Positions 1 to 11,844 of a DNA stretch of 64,000 nucleotides are shown in pieces. The stretch is from Paramecium tetraurelia. Its lineage: Eukaryota. Where the stretch lies: assembly GCA_000165425.1 (NCBI GenBank), contig CT868015.1, forward strand, positions 186,001 to 250,000, given 5' to 3'. Below the pieces are notes generated by a model. It worked only from the letters and a program-made list of their open reading frames with translations, searched no databases and was not told the origin of the DNA. The stretch's first letter is position 1, and each line of letters starts with the position of its first letter. Both the position numbers and the translations under genes were made by a program.

Positions 1-1
1 A

Positions 2-142
2 AATGCATCATCAAAAATCAGCAACGGCAAAGGCTATTGGGAAATCCATGAAGTAGACGAGCACTTTCGATTCTCAACTGTATAAGGTAGCACTTAATTT
101 GGCAGTCAAATCAGTTAGGAGCAGGAAATAATGAATGAATGA
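2..142 (+). CDS. 3' end of a hypothetical protein (partial)
   Basis: Open frame in ciliate code NASSKISNGKGYWEIHEVDEHFRFSTVQG...IMNE ending at TGA 140-142. Confidence 0.6.
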
Positions 143-199
143 ATAAAAATTTTTATGTGTGTTACTTAGATTAATTTAAATCTTAGATATTTAATTAAA

Positions 200-545
200 A
201 TGGAATCACGATCATACAATTTCTCCACTGCCAAAAAGAGATCAACTCAAATGGAAAGCAAAGTCATTTTGTAATATACTCATCCTATTTCATCAAATAG
301 TTTCCCAAGAGAAGATGAAAATGCCCCCAGAACAATTATTTTGAAGCAAGAATGCCCAGGAGAGTTGGCTGCATTTAAAGAAGTAAAAAGTACTCCAAAT
401 ATGATTAGTGTGTTGTAAGAACTAAGGATGAATCAAAATGCATGCAATTCAAGGATGGTACTCCATGAAATTAATAATAGCATTATTGGAATGTGGTAAA
501 CCTGCTTTTAGAAAGGCCAACACTACTCCAGATTACCAATTCTGA
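200..545 (+). CDS. Small twin CX9C (CHCH-like) protein, probably mitochondrial intermembrane space
   Basis: Removing GT-AG introns 271-300, 383-408 and 458-480 gives ...CPGELAAFKEC-VVRTKDESK-CMQFKDALLEC...DYQF*, i.e. two exact CX9C motifs. Confidence 0.75.
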
Positions 546-642
546 GCAGTATTAAAGTGCATAACATAAATATAATTTTAATCACAATATTTACAATACT
601 CCCTTTTAATCTTAATTTTATTGATTTTATTTTGATTTATCA

Positions 643-2510
643 ATGTTACCCAATTCCTACGTCCAATCTATGTACATAAATCCACAGTAACAAGTAGCCC
701 CCCTACCCTTCGGATATACTACCAACACCCCCAGTATCTCACCAATACTTATTATTAGCTAAACCTGTATATCAACCCTAACCACCAATTGAAACTGAAT
801 ATTAAAGTAGTTATATGCTCTATTCCTTTAGTGAAAGTGCAACCTGAGCCTCATAGAGAGCAGATAATTGTCCAGCAACCAATGCCAAACAAATCTATTA
901 CTGTAGTGAAACCAAAGAAGTACTCTTATGTAATCGTTAAATTTGAATTTGTAGTTGATAGATTGGTTACTTTACATATTGCCAATAGCTTTCTTTATAA
1001 TAATTCTCCTAATTATGGCATTACTTTTTGCTTCCAAAGTGAAACATCTCAACCCTGAAGGAGCACATAACACACTTGAAACTTTGAAAAATAATATGCA
1101 ACTGGCACCAATTGAAGATATCGTCGTAGCAACCCCATCTTCATCTGCTTCAACTCTCAATATGATATCATATTTTACACACGATGCAATAGAGTGTCCA
1201 GACGGCTATGGAAGAACTCATTTAGGTTAATGGGACGGAGTGTCATCTGGATGCATATGTGAGAATGGGGATATCAGTCATTCTCTCACTTGTTTCTACA
1301 AATCCAATTGTAAACGAGTGAAATCTCATGATCCTGAATTATTTACAACATGGTAATAAAAATAATATTGTACTAAATTATATGCTGAATGGAAAACATT
1401 GGAAGGTGCTGCTTGTTAAACTTCTTATAAGTAATGCGGAAATGTTTGTGTTCCAGAAAATAAAAACTGTCCACTCTCAGGATTACTAAAAGACAATTCA
1501 AGATAGAATGATAGAAATGCAATTAAAATCGGAACTGACAATTACATCAAACAATTCGAAAACTCTTCTCCCATTGTTAGCATTGAAGTTGTACCAGGAA
1601 TTGGAGAAGCTAATTCATCACCATGTTATAACCATAAATTGAATCCCAAATTCTAATCCGCCAAATACTATCCTTTGGCTAAGAGACCTGAAATCGGTTG
1701 TGACGACTACAAAGATTTACAACCCCATAGAATCACTTTGAATACATTTTCAGCCCATCAAACCTACTAATAAAATGGCTTAGCAGATGTACTATCTTAG
1801 TTGCCCTTCTATCAAAATTATGAAGACAACCAAGATACGTATGCATTAGAAGCCATCAAGAAAATTCAAATTAATACCAATGAGGTTTGCTAAAAATTGT
1901 CACCCAAAGACATTGATCAAATCTCCAAGAGCGGATAAAGAGTCTACAATTCAGAGAGAGCCATGTCCTTAATTATTATTATAGGAGTCGGAGTTGTTCT
2001 CTTCTTGGTTCCTATTTTATATCTGATGAAAAACAGAGTATGTTTACTCAATTTTATATTAGATTTTCTAATGGATTGACATGACTGATTTCCATCAACC
2101 AAAGTTCTTATGCGGCATTGGATTGATCATAGCCATCTTATGTATCGGATTAGGTGCAGTTTATCTGAACGAAGTAGATGGAAATGTAATTTTTGTAATT
2201 CTATCTTAGAACGGACTCAGAGAACATAATACTCAATTTTCTAAATATCTGGAGAAAAACTGTTTCCCTGACGAAGGCTTAAAATAGGTATTAAATAATT
2301 GAATTATAATTTTAGGCTATTACTGAAGTTAACCATTTTGCAAAGAATGCTTACTCTAGCACTTATTCTCTTGTTGTTGCAGCATTTTATGTCAGCATCA
2401 TTTTTATTGTCCTTCTAATCATTTTTGTTGCTTACTAATACTATGCTCATAAATCATTGTTCGACAATCCTTGGACTTCCAGATAACAGGAATATTCAGA
2501 ATTTCATTGA
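643..2510 (+). CDS. Multi-pass membrane protein with P/Q-rich N-terminus and Cys-rich loop
   Basis: ATG 643, several tiny introns, hydrophobic segment WLLYILPIAFFIIILLIMALLF, Cys-rich region (WDGVSSGCICENG...CGNVCVPENKNCPL), three further hydrophobic segments, TGA 2508-2510. Confidence 0.75.
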
Positions 2511-2552
2511 TACATATTATATAACAATAGCCATTATTTAGTATAATATAAT

Positions 2553-3347
2553 TCATTAAATAAACGTTATGATTACAACGTATAATAAATAACAAATTAT
2601 TGTGAGAATTACCAACAGGGTAAAACCATATAATATTACTTTTCTTTTGTTTTCCTTCCCTGTCTTCCTCATATCTTATTCATCATCTTCATAAATTTCT
2701 ACTGCAGTAAACTTTTGAATTGTTTTGCATGAAGACCAATATACTCTATCATTTTAAGTCAATCCTTCCTCAAATTTTTACAGAGAGTCTATTAACACAT
2801 CAAGGTAGGTTTTCATCGCTTTGTTTGTTGAGATGTGAACGAACAGTCTAGTATCAAATGATCCTATTCTTAATTGCTGAGTAATCCTCTCTAATTCCTG
2901 ATCTACATTTTAAATCTCAGTATCTATAACTCTCAAACTACATGGAAATTGCACAACTAGTTATCTTAGTTCCTTTAGAATTGGTTTACGATTATTATTA
3001 TTTAATATTATAAAGTAGGTTTTTAGATTTAAATTAGTACACTCTTACAGTATTTATTTGACATTCTCTACTTTTTATGAAGAGCTATCTTAGTACTCAC
3101 TCAAAAAGATTATGGAAGCTATCTAATAACTATAATTTTCCTTTATTGTCATATTCCTCATCATTTGATAGAAGTAGTAAACTTAATCTTTAAAAGCAAA
3201 ATGTAGTTTATTGTTGTTGTCAATTGATTTTTTTAAATCAGACAATATATCAATTGTTCTCAGTTGAATTGGTGATAATGTATCATTTGTTTATTAATCT
3301 GAAATTGGAGAGCCTAATTTACAAGTGAGGTCATCAATTGAATCCAT
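2553..3347 (-). CDS. Hypothetical tail-anchored membrane protein (264 aa, intronless)
   Basis: Continuous frame MDSIDDLTCKLG... ending VILYGFTLLVILTIICYLLYVVIITFIQ*. Confidence 0.7.
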
Positions 3348-3574
3348 ATAATTTTATCAAATAATAATAATTTTAATTGAATTAAATTTTTCATTTAAAT
3401 GATACATTCAATAATTTATTATTGTAATTGACTGATTTTCCCTCTGAAATTACATTCATAATTAAGGATATTGTCGTTACATCCTTTACTAGCAATAAAA
3501 ACATTATTGGAAGAGAATATCAAAAATGTATTTGTAGAGTAATAGAAAATAGTTAAGAAATTTAAATATATATT

Positions 3575-4597
3575 TCATTAAATCATACAACATAGATTTT
3601 ATTCCTTTTTAATTTCAGCCATCGAACATGATTTCGATTCTTTTTATTCAAAAGGTAAAAATGGAACAGGATCTTTTGCCATACTAACTTACAAACTGCC
3701 TGTCTGAGTTGATTGTCTTGCAGATGATGTCGGTACAACTACAGGTATTGGCACTTACATTTATGCCATAGAAAACCTTGAAGCTGTTCTTGAAGGTGCA
3801 ATAATGGGTTCGATACCATCTTTTGCAAATTCCTACTTCACTGCTGCTTACAATAATCTAATGAATATGCTTGAACTTCTCTCAATGCCTGTTTTGATAA
3901 CAGCTGAAGTTTCTGAGTAGAATCTAATTAATCCTTATAAAAATCTTACACATTGTTCGGCAATTTATTTTTTGCAAATTCAATTATATTGTCGTCATTC
4001 CATTTTGCTGACTATCTTATGTATGCCTTATCTGTAGGAAATGGCACTTACTATGAATTTTTCTCTATTTTGAGTTCTTAGCACTTGTCTGCAATTATCT
4101 AGATAATATCCTAATAAGATCCGCAGAGATGCTCTTTATCACTCATTGTGCCAATAAAATAATAATAGTTATTTGTTTCCCTGGCATTTTTATAACACTG
4201 AGCGAACCAAGTGTTTACTGCATTCTCAAAGGATACTGGATTGTTGAGGGAAAATGCAATAACATAGATGTGACTCTTTATTAAAAAGGCTCTAATGAGA
4301 TTTCTATGATAAGTATGATGAGGGTATATTGTTACATATTTTTGATTTCCCCTGTGGTAACCCATATAAATATTTTCTGTTCTGAATTATCAGGTAGAAT
4401 AACACGAGAGATGAAAAAATCGACAGTTTAGATTTCCTTGTCATTGACTTTGGATTCTACATTTAGCAGTTACTCGAGGAGCTTACTTTTACCCACACTC
4501 TGATCTCCAATCAAAATAACTCTGAATGAATGATTACTAAATACTTAATCCTTCTTTCCTTGGATTGCGAAAGAATGGTGATACTATCTTATTCCAT
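3575..4597 (-). CDS. Divergent Ras-superfamily (Rab/Rho-like) small GTPase with CaaX end
   Basis: KVILIGDQSVGKS P-loop after intron 4522-4544; VIAFSLNNPVSFENAVNTW; YSETSAV (G5-like); ends CCMIQ*. Confidence 0.8.
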
Positions 4598-4666
4598 TAT
4601 AAAAATTATTTGAATAATTTGTTACAATTGAAACATATTGTATAATCAGTCAGTTCATTTATTAGA

Positions 4667-5652
4667 TCATATTAATTAGCAACAAAATCCAGTCTCTTTT
4701 TTGGCCTATTAAGAACAGCTGCTCTATTCTAAAGTCAAAAGACTGGGATTCATCGTTGATTAAATAGGTTAAATATTCAATGAATAGTCTATTTTTAGGG
4801 TTTGAACTATTTCTGATTGTCTCTTGTCCTTAACGCTCTTCGAATTTTCGGTCCTCTCCATAAACTCTGTCTTCTGTAGGTACTCAGATACAGACTTTTA
4901 TAACTGAGGCATTATGTTTGGAGATATGGGTGCGCTGATTGAATACAACATTTGTCGTTCATTACTAATCACATTTTAGATCGAACTAATTAGCACTCTC
5001 TTGAACGGCTAATGCTCATAATCTTTGATTTCCAGGTATTACACATTCTCTGGCAGTGATTCGTCAATAAAATCATCAACGTATGCAATAGTTTTTCTAA
5101 TTTCCCTTAGAGTTGATTCGTTTTAAATCTCCTCCAAGTTTGGCGAGGATCTGATCATTTTATTCCTTATGATCTTGATGATATCATTGAACGAACCACA
5201 TTGTCTCGACTCACCGCTGTCCGAACCCAAAAATATATATTGAGCATTCCTTTTTTAGGAACTCAATTAAAACCAAACATGAAGCGCGTTGAATAAACTT
5301 CTGTTCTGGTGCAGGCTGAACATGATAACGTAGATGTCACTCTAAGGAATAAATGGCATGGTCTTAACCCTTTCCTATTTACAACATTATACTGTTATTA
5401 ATTTGAATCCAAATTGACCACCCAGTAGTGAATCGTTTGATATTGGCAATCCCCTATCCATATATATGATATAAAAAAATCAATCGACATTATATCTCTG
5501 TCATTTACTTTGGTTTCAACATCCAGCATTTTCTCAATTAATTAATGTTTACCAACTCCTTTATCTCCAACTACAGCAACTCAATTTATGAAAATTATTT
5601 AATACTTAATTGCTTTTTATTTTGATGTAGAAATGATCGGATGCATATCCAT
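4667..5652 (-). pseudogene. Tandem paralog of the divergent small GTPase; first intron acceptor is TTG, so possibly non-functional
   Basis: VAVVGDKGVGKH and VETKVNDRDIMSIDFFISY align with the neighbour's VESKVNDKEIQTVDFFISR; ends CCQLI*; intron 5582-5605 lacks the terminal AG and retention gives an in-frame TGA. Confidence 0.6.
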
Positions 5653-7079
5653 TGTATGTAGATTTTAATTATATTAAATATAAAATAGCATTATTCATTG
5701 TGGCCAATTAGACATCCACTAAGATATGATTCATCTCCCCATAGTCCGTATTTTATAAACCTCAAAAGTGCTAAACTTCCTCTTACTTTCCTTCCGATCT
5801 CCATACACCCTATAAGAGGAAAAAGGTAATTCGATTTATACAATAACTGAATTTATGCTCTCTCCTCTAAATCAATAATTACTGAAATCAACTTTTCAAA
5901 GAATATATCGCCATCTCCCTTTTTACAAATAAAAGCTTTATTATTTAAAATAGATTCCCCTTATTTTTAAAAATAGTGTAAATAGTTTATTGATTAAAAC
6001 TGATTTCTTGGTGAAATGAATTAATACATTATTAATTATTTTATTCTTTATTACAATTTATGAGTCTAGGGTGTATATTAAAACACCTAAATACTTATTA
6101 ATTAACGAACATTATTCCTCCTTCAATCCTTAAACTCTTTTATTGGAATTTTAAAATTGTGTTGAGTATCTCATTTATTCAGCATATGAATTTAATTATT
6201 CAACTGATACAACATAACTCATTGAATTTAATCAAATTTTTCCTAATTATAGAAGTTTTGTTTATAAATTTTATGTATTTGCTTTGAAATATTTTTAAAA
6301 TGTATTTGATTTAATTTTGAGACTTTTAAGTATTCTTTAATATCTGAGTCTAGTTTATCTTCTATTTCAATGTTAATTCTCATCTTATACAACTATAATA
6401 GCTTATATGAATCAATTCCACAATAAATCATTATAAAAAATGTTTATGGATAATAGATACGTTCCTTCTGGAAAATATTATTAACAATAGCTATTCTCAA
6501 GGCTTTATTGTGGTAATTGTATTATTTTAATAATTATTATGTCATTTGAAACTCTCTCAGAGCACCTTATGTTTTATTAGTATTGTAATTTAAAAATATC
6601 ACATTTTTTCAGAAAAGGGTATTTCTTTTCTTTCAAGTATTGACAAAATTTTCTATCGTAAATCTTGATGAATAAAATGTAGTTTAGCAATCCATGTACA
6701 CTTTTTAGATAAAGAAGGGATGACTGTTAAATCCATTATCACTTCTAATCGTTTATCTTATTAAAATTGAGAACTTTGATTTGATAGCCATAAGTTAAAT
6801 TCCATTTCTATGAAATTTTGAATCAAGTGTCTGAATCTATTAGTGGAGATAAGTGCTCTTTTATAAGACAGAATTTTTGTAGAATTTTATACAAAATTTT
6901 TAATGAAATATATTTTCCATAATTTGTGAGAATTATATAGTGGTGATCAATGGGAGAAGTATAATATAAAAAAAGATGAAATGTAAGCATATGATTAATA
7001 TCATTTTAATATGCCTATTCATAAGATTTTAACATTATATTATTGGAATATATATTATTGTGATTAATATCAATCTTCA

Positions 7080-8969
7080 TCAAAATGAAGAGAATTCTTT
7101 ATGAAGTTCTTCTAGGAGTTGTTCCATTTCTGAATTATTGTAATGTTCATAAAATTTATTGAAATCTGGAAATTCTTTTTATTGTCTAAAATACATTTCA
7201 GGACTTAAGCATAAGACCAAATATCTAAGGGCCAATAGGAAGTTCTTATTTTCTGTAAGTTTTTTTTATTAGCATAATTGTTCATACATTAGTCTTTAGG
7301 TAATTTTCAATGTCTTCTCGTAGACTGAGTTGAATGCTAGATCTTAAATTAAACCATTAGCCATGATGGATAAGAACTCGTTCAAATCCTACTACTCTTA
7401 TTCGTTCAATTTGTTTTATGCGATTTGATTGTTCAAATATGTTTAGGTTCTTTTGGCTATTTCTTCATAGTATGGCTTGATGTAATATTTATCAGTTTTG
7501 ATGGCCTTGAGTGTGGTGAAGTATTGTTTATTTTTTTTATAGAGTTTCCAATCTTGATCTGTGAAGCCATTATTAATTTAAATCTAGAGATTATTATAGT
7601 TTGAGTACCTTGCTGGCCATGATATTTGTAAGATCTTCGAAGATAATCATCTACTTTTTCTAAAGAATAAAAAGAATTCTATAAAATAAATGCGTAGGAA
7701 TGCTGATAAGTTACTCTTTATACAAATCAAAAATGTAATTGGTTGATAGATTCACGAATATTCCAATATTTCTCTAAAGTGTTAAATAAGCATCTATTTT
7801 ATTATTGGTAATTTGTTCCTGTAACTTTTTGGTCTACACCTCCATAATGTCATTATAGGTCAATCCCTTCAGGTCTTCAAAAGTCTATTATCCCAGATCC
7901 TTATCTGCTGGAGTATTTGCTTCATCACTTTCCTTAACTTCAAATAGTTCTTGCTGCTGCTTTCCTTATTCCAAGACAAGATTGTTGTCAATATAAAATC
8001 TATTGACTTGCACCGACTATTCAAGAGTGTCCTAAACACTATCGATGATTAGATTCAATTTGTTCTTCAGCTCTTAACTGTTGCTCTTGATTAGTTGATG
8101 TTCGAAAATATCATACCAACTGATTCTCTTCTCCTCATCAATGATCAGCATTTGAGAAATCAACTCCTTGATAATTTGTTATCTCTTTGGTTATTCAGGG
8201 AACACCAGAGGCTTCTTCTTGATTTAATCCAACAGAGATAATTAACTATTGGCAGTCCAAGGAGTATGACCATAAAGCATTTCGTAGAACATGATTCCCA
8301 AAGACCATATGTCACATTTAGAATTGAATTTGCTTTATTCCAAGATTTAGGGTGTCATATACAAAGGAGTTCCCAACAGTGTGAATCTGTCTTATCCTTC
8401 CATATCATCCACTATTCTGGCAAATCCAAAGTCACTGATCTTAGCAATACCTATTAAATCATTATTGATGTATTACCATTGTGTAATAAAATATTAGCTG
8501 GTTTAATATCTCTATGCATCACATTTTCTTGATAAATTGCTTTGAATCCCTCTACAATCTACTTGAAGTATGTTAGAGCGTCTTATTCTGACAAATACCC
8601 TCCTTTCTGTTTCATCAATTCTCTTAGATTGCCTCCATTACAATATTCTAAAAATATGTAAAAATTGCGTGCCGTTCTTGCTGCGTGATACATTCTTAAC
8701 ATTTAAATGTGATTGTTACTAAACGATATATTAGCTCTTTATTTTTCCTAATATTTCTATTTCTCTTTTAATTGTTTTCATGAAGTTTTTATTATTCGTT
8801 GCTTCAATCATTGGCAATACTTTGACAGCACAAATCTGTTTTGGATCATTCTCCTTATATCCTCTATAAACAGAGCCAAAGGCACCCTTATAAACATATT
8901 TAATACTGATCCCAAGAATTTTCCTGTTACCACGTAACCATCAACAATCTTAAATTCAGTTCCAATCAT
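7080..8969 (-). CDS. Ser/Thr protein kinase (ULK/ATG1-like group) with helical C-terminal extension
   Basis: GSGAFGSVYRG, AVK, HRDIKPANILL, ITDFGFAR, VGTPLYMTPQILE, DIWSLG; TGA at 7080-7082. Confidence 0.9.
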
Positions 8970-11844
8970 ATTTAAAATAATATTTTTTATAATTCATGTA
9001 AATTTATAAACTTAATCCTCTCAATTAAATTTATGGTCATAATCTAAACAAATAAGCCTCTTTGAGAAATCTATATAATATTTAATTCAATTTTATGTAT
9101 ATAAAAACACTAGAAACATGATGTACTGTTATCCCTTTACTTTAATTACTAAAGTAAATTAATTATAATTAATAGTAATGGAGACAAACATCGGACATTC
9201 AGTATTAATAGAAATAGATTTACACCACATAAAATATTAATGAACTATGTTTGAATAGTATACCTGGTGATTTCAAGAATAAAAGCAAGTGTTAAAAGAT
9301 TAATATAAATTAATCTAAATAATTGATAAAAGCAAAGGAAATCATTCTTTCACTAAATTCATGATGAATATTATCCCAAAAAACAGTGCTACTTCAATAA
9401 GTAAGCAAAGATCTTGAATAGAATCTGAACGCGTACTTGAATATTATTAAAATCGATTTCACCTCCATTAAAAATATTAGCAACTTTCTCTTTAATACAA
9501 TCTATTATCAAATTTAATGGAGAAATAAATATGATATTTCTAAAAAATTTATAAATTTAAATGCTAGACTGCATCAGAACAATAGAATTTTAATACGTTT
9601 AATTCAAGAGGATCTTTATTATCAGATTAAGAAACACCAATCATATTCTTTATCAAAATATAACAATTTCTAAAAATAATTTATTAGTAACATCCTTTGA
9701 TAATTTTGAAACCTTGTAGAAATTGCGTTTAGAGTTTTTATTTCAATCTTTCCGTATGGACATAAGTTAGAATCATCGTTTAATATAGAATCTCAAACTT
9801 AGGAATTTATTTAATGATCAATGATTTACAAACAAAAAGTAATAAGAAAAAAATAAGAATCCTCCTGAATTTGTGTAAGGGAAATGCATTCTATGCAAAA
9901 AATGATGATATGAAGATTATTCCAAAGACACAATTAAGATATCCTATTTGGTTTATTATTTATCTTGTAGGTGAAGGCTTCGTCAATTTTTAAAAAACTC
10001 TCCAGTTTGATAAATTTTATCGAATTTAATCAAGAAGGATATAGGTTCTAATAGTAAAATTGTATAAAATGAGAATGCCTTTGTTATACAACTGGAATTT
10101 GCATAAAAATATTTTGAATAGGATTTTTAATCCAATGATATGCCATATAATAATCCCTACCATTTAATCCTTACTAATATTCCAATGAGGTAGGTATGCA
10201 TATATTTCCTTAATATTCGAATGACCTAATAATAACTAACCCATTTTTAACGTATAACACAATAGTTCTTTTCTTACACTCAAGTGTCTGAGTATTTGAA
10301 AATTCCAACTCTTAATTGACACTCTTGAACATTATATAATCTAAACAATTCGAAGTTTATATTTAGGAATAAGGTTGACAAAATAAGCATATAGATAGGT
10401 TTCTAAACCTGGATCCACTCCACAAACCAAAGCTATTTTTTTGAATTAAATTATTGTATTACACTCACTATCTAAACCTCTTACAAATCCTCCAGCTAGC
10501 TTAAATAAATTTTATAAGGACTGACTGATAAATAAACTTTGATTTCTGCCAAGAGTAGTACTTCTCTACAGTTCTATATAATTTTTGTTTATTAAATATA
10601 ATAAACGCTTTAATTAAAAAAGAAATTAAGTTAATAATTTTATCAGTTTTCTGAATAAATCACTTTTAAATATAAACTTATGAGCTAATACAATATCTGT
10701 AACATTATTTGTAAGCTATATTAATCTATTATAAATTATCTATTGCAAATTGACTTTGTAGCCACTCTTTCATTTGTTGGCAAAATATTTATAAATTGAG
10801 GAAAGTAATTTTAAGCAAAATTAGAGAATATACATAACAAAATCATTATTCACTAGTACTGGAAGAAATTGTTTTTAATCCAGATTTTTAAATTATTTTC
10901 AAACTCAAGAAAAGATGAAAATTACCTTAAAAGACTAATTGTGAATATATTCAACGATGTAGTTATATTTATTTAGTTGAAAATGAATAAATATTATCGA
11001 TAAAAAGAGTGGATCAAAGCGAGAGTTCCTTGAACTTTAGATATTTAAGGTAACTAAAAAACTAGCTCCTAATAGCCAGAATTATAATAGGATTTTTAAT
11101 TAGAAAAAAAAGGAGACCAATAATTTGATAAAAATATGATGTGATTATTTAATAAAAACAACATACTAGTCATATTAAAGCATAGCCTTTATGAAAGCCT
11201 CACAAATTTTGGAGAAAATTCCAATTATTATTCCGTTCCAAAATTTGTTATATTTCCTATAATTCTAATTCAGTTATAACAAACTTATTTATTCGGATTT
11301 ATTGAAATACAAGAACAAAATTAATGCTATATATATGTATTTCAATAATTATGATTAATATATTTAACTATCACAAATGAAATTTGTAGCTTTCTTATTT
11401 AATTTTTTTATTAATTAATTGTTGATGATGTTAAATGGGTAAGAATAAAATAAGAATTTGAACAGCAAAAGACATGCTCTTTAAGTTTCGTTAACGATTT
11501 GTTTGAATTAATTTGAATCATATATACATTAATATTATACAAATCTTTAGGCTATTTTGGTTTGTTCGGATTCTTAAAAATGAAAGAAAAAATAAGGTAT
11601 GATTTGTATAAAAGAAAATTCCAAGCTACCGATCGAAATTCAAAGGATTTAAATAACTAATGTTATAATATATATTAAAAGATTAAAAATGATTAGAAAA
11701 TATTATTAGTGAGATTAAAAACATCGCAATGCCATTAACATCTTTGAATTTCCTATCAAGATAGATCATAAAATTATTAATATTTCAATAATACAGTTCA
11801 TGAAGATAATATCATTTAAAATCAGTTTTAAGAAACTTTGTCTA

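Noticed and set aside
2553..3347. SNARE call for the tail-anchored protein
   Set aside because: No convincing SNARE heptad motif next to the TM segment
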